Assembly: GCF_963506605.1 (NCBI RefSeq)
Contig: NC_083276.1
Coordinates: 39,184,001 to 39,248,000, forward strand
Direction: 5' to 3'
Origin: Zootoca vivipara
Taxonomy: Eukaryota
Length of the DNA stretch: 64,000 nt
Shown here: positions 62,579 to 64,000 of the stretch, one piece after another
Position numbering within the stretch: position 1 is the first letter of the stretch
How the letters are laid out: every line of letters starts with the position of its first letter
Notes under the pieces: model-generated
Database searches by the model: none
What the model was told of the DNA's origin: nothing
The model's input: only the letters and a program-made list of their open reading frames with translations
Translations under genes and position numbers: made by a program

Positions 62579-62790
62579 CAGTAGTACATCGGGTTACGAA
62601 CACGATCCGTTCCGGGTCGCAGTTCGTAACCCGAAAAGGTCGCAAACCGAGCGCCATTTCTGTGCATGCACAAAGCGTGTTTTTCGCGTTTTTCGCGGGA
62701 TGCGCATGCGACGAAAACACTTGCGGGTTTGCGGAGTTCGTAACCCGAACTGTTCGCAACACGAGTGGTTCGTAACCCGAGGTACGACTG
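62579..62790. mobile_element. Young CpG-rich Tigger-like MITE
   Basis: TIRs CAGTAGTACATCGGGTTACGAAC / GTTCGTAACCCGAGGTACGACTG; TA TSD. Confidence 0.9.
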
Positions 62791-64000
62791 TACTATAGAA
62801 ACAATATTAAAAAAGCAATTCTAAGCCCCAGTCCACACTGCTCAGAGGGAGGACAATAAGGATGTGGTGGACTTGAGGCTCCCTCACCGCTGAGGGCTCT
62901 GGTGTATTCACCAACAGCATGGGCTGTTAACAGGCTACTACCACTGAAAAGGCCCTAAACCAGGGTGGAATGCAGGCAGGAAGGTGGCAGAACTGGAGCA
63001 GTAGAGATCTGTTGGATCTTAAACCAACTCAGTAGCCACAGAGCAGTCCTGACTCTTCCTCTCTGCTATACTAACCTGGAACAGGTGCAGCCAAGTATAG
63101 GTAGAGCCAAGTATAGGTAGAAGGACATCAGATGCAGCAGCGGATCTGCCACTCCATTCCACTCCATTGTTCCCTGGCTTAGAGTTAGAATTGCTCCCTA
63201 GAAGATATTAGTGGTACAGAACGCAGCAGCCTAGTTGAGCAGCATCTGTCTTCCAGGGTCTGTGTAGCTGCTGAATTGCTGAGAGAATTGCTGAGAGAAG
63301 AATGTATCAGTGCAGCAGAGAACTTCTAGAATCCTTCCCTTATATGCTGTAACATCCTGCTCTGTGCTGAATGCCCCCATGAATGTGATAGCTTGGAGGA
63401 AGTAACGTTTGAACCAGCATCATTCCATTGACAGCTGCCAGCAAAACGCTGGAAAGCTCCCCCGCATCACCACGTGAATAAACTCAGATATGAAATTTGT
63501 CAACTTGGCCATGCTGGTCAGTCATGACTTGCTCCTTGTTCCTTTGCCCACAATTATACTCAACATGGCATGTTTTACAGTGTCTGAAGTGGGCTTCTGT
63601 CTCCTAAGTTGAACTTTGTAACTCCAATACCAATTCACTTTGCGACATTCGGTCAAGAAGCTCTCCTTCTGCACGTCTCAATGGGAGAATAGAGACAAGG
63701 AGACAAACATTTGAGTCAGTGAAAATATTCACTAATCGTTGTCTTTTCCTGTTTACTAATTAATGTTCTTGAGATGTGAATATTCATCAAACACATATGT
63801 TTCTACTTTAGCTTCCTATCTGAACGAATGGCACCTTTTAACACAAGAAATACAAAAATAACCATTCTATAATACATATTAACAAGAATTGTGTCTATTC
63901 ACTGCATGTGTAAAAAAAATGACACAAAGTTCATCCCTTTAAATTCCAAAGTTAGATACAGCTTTATATTTTTCCAGTAAAATTGGGAAATTGAGCAGGG

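Noticed and set aside
1-64000. CRISPR arrays, operons or other prokaryote-type systems
   Set aside because: The sequence is vertebrate; there is no repeat-spacer array, and the repeats are TEs and microsatellites

Overview
Non-coding, repeat-rich squamate genomic DNA, most likely a lacertid lizard judging from the Sauria (POM-type) SINEs, Squam3-like SINEs, Bov-B and L2 copies. It looks like a large intron or gene desert. I found no host protein-coding gene I can support; nearly all listed ORFs are TE fragments, microsatellite read-throughs or noise. The window holds Bov-B/RTE, L2 and CR1 fragments, several SINE families, many hAT and Tc1/mariner MITEs with target-site duplications (TSDs), and three Penelope-like termini carrying minimal hammerhead ribozyme motifs. 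The main observation is a ~2 kb heavily decayed reading frame on the minus strand (~40190 to ~38160, across a 211-N gap). Stitched across frames, its translation follows foamy-virus (Spumaretrovirinae) Env motif by motif, from the leader peptide/SU boundary through the TM ectodomain. It is a candidate endogenous foamy virus env fossil, with no gag, pol or cognate LTR recognisable beside it. All family assignments come from recalled consensus or protein motifs; no database search was run.
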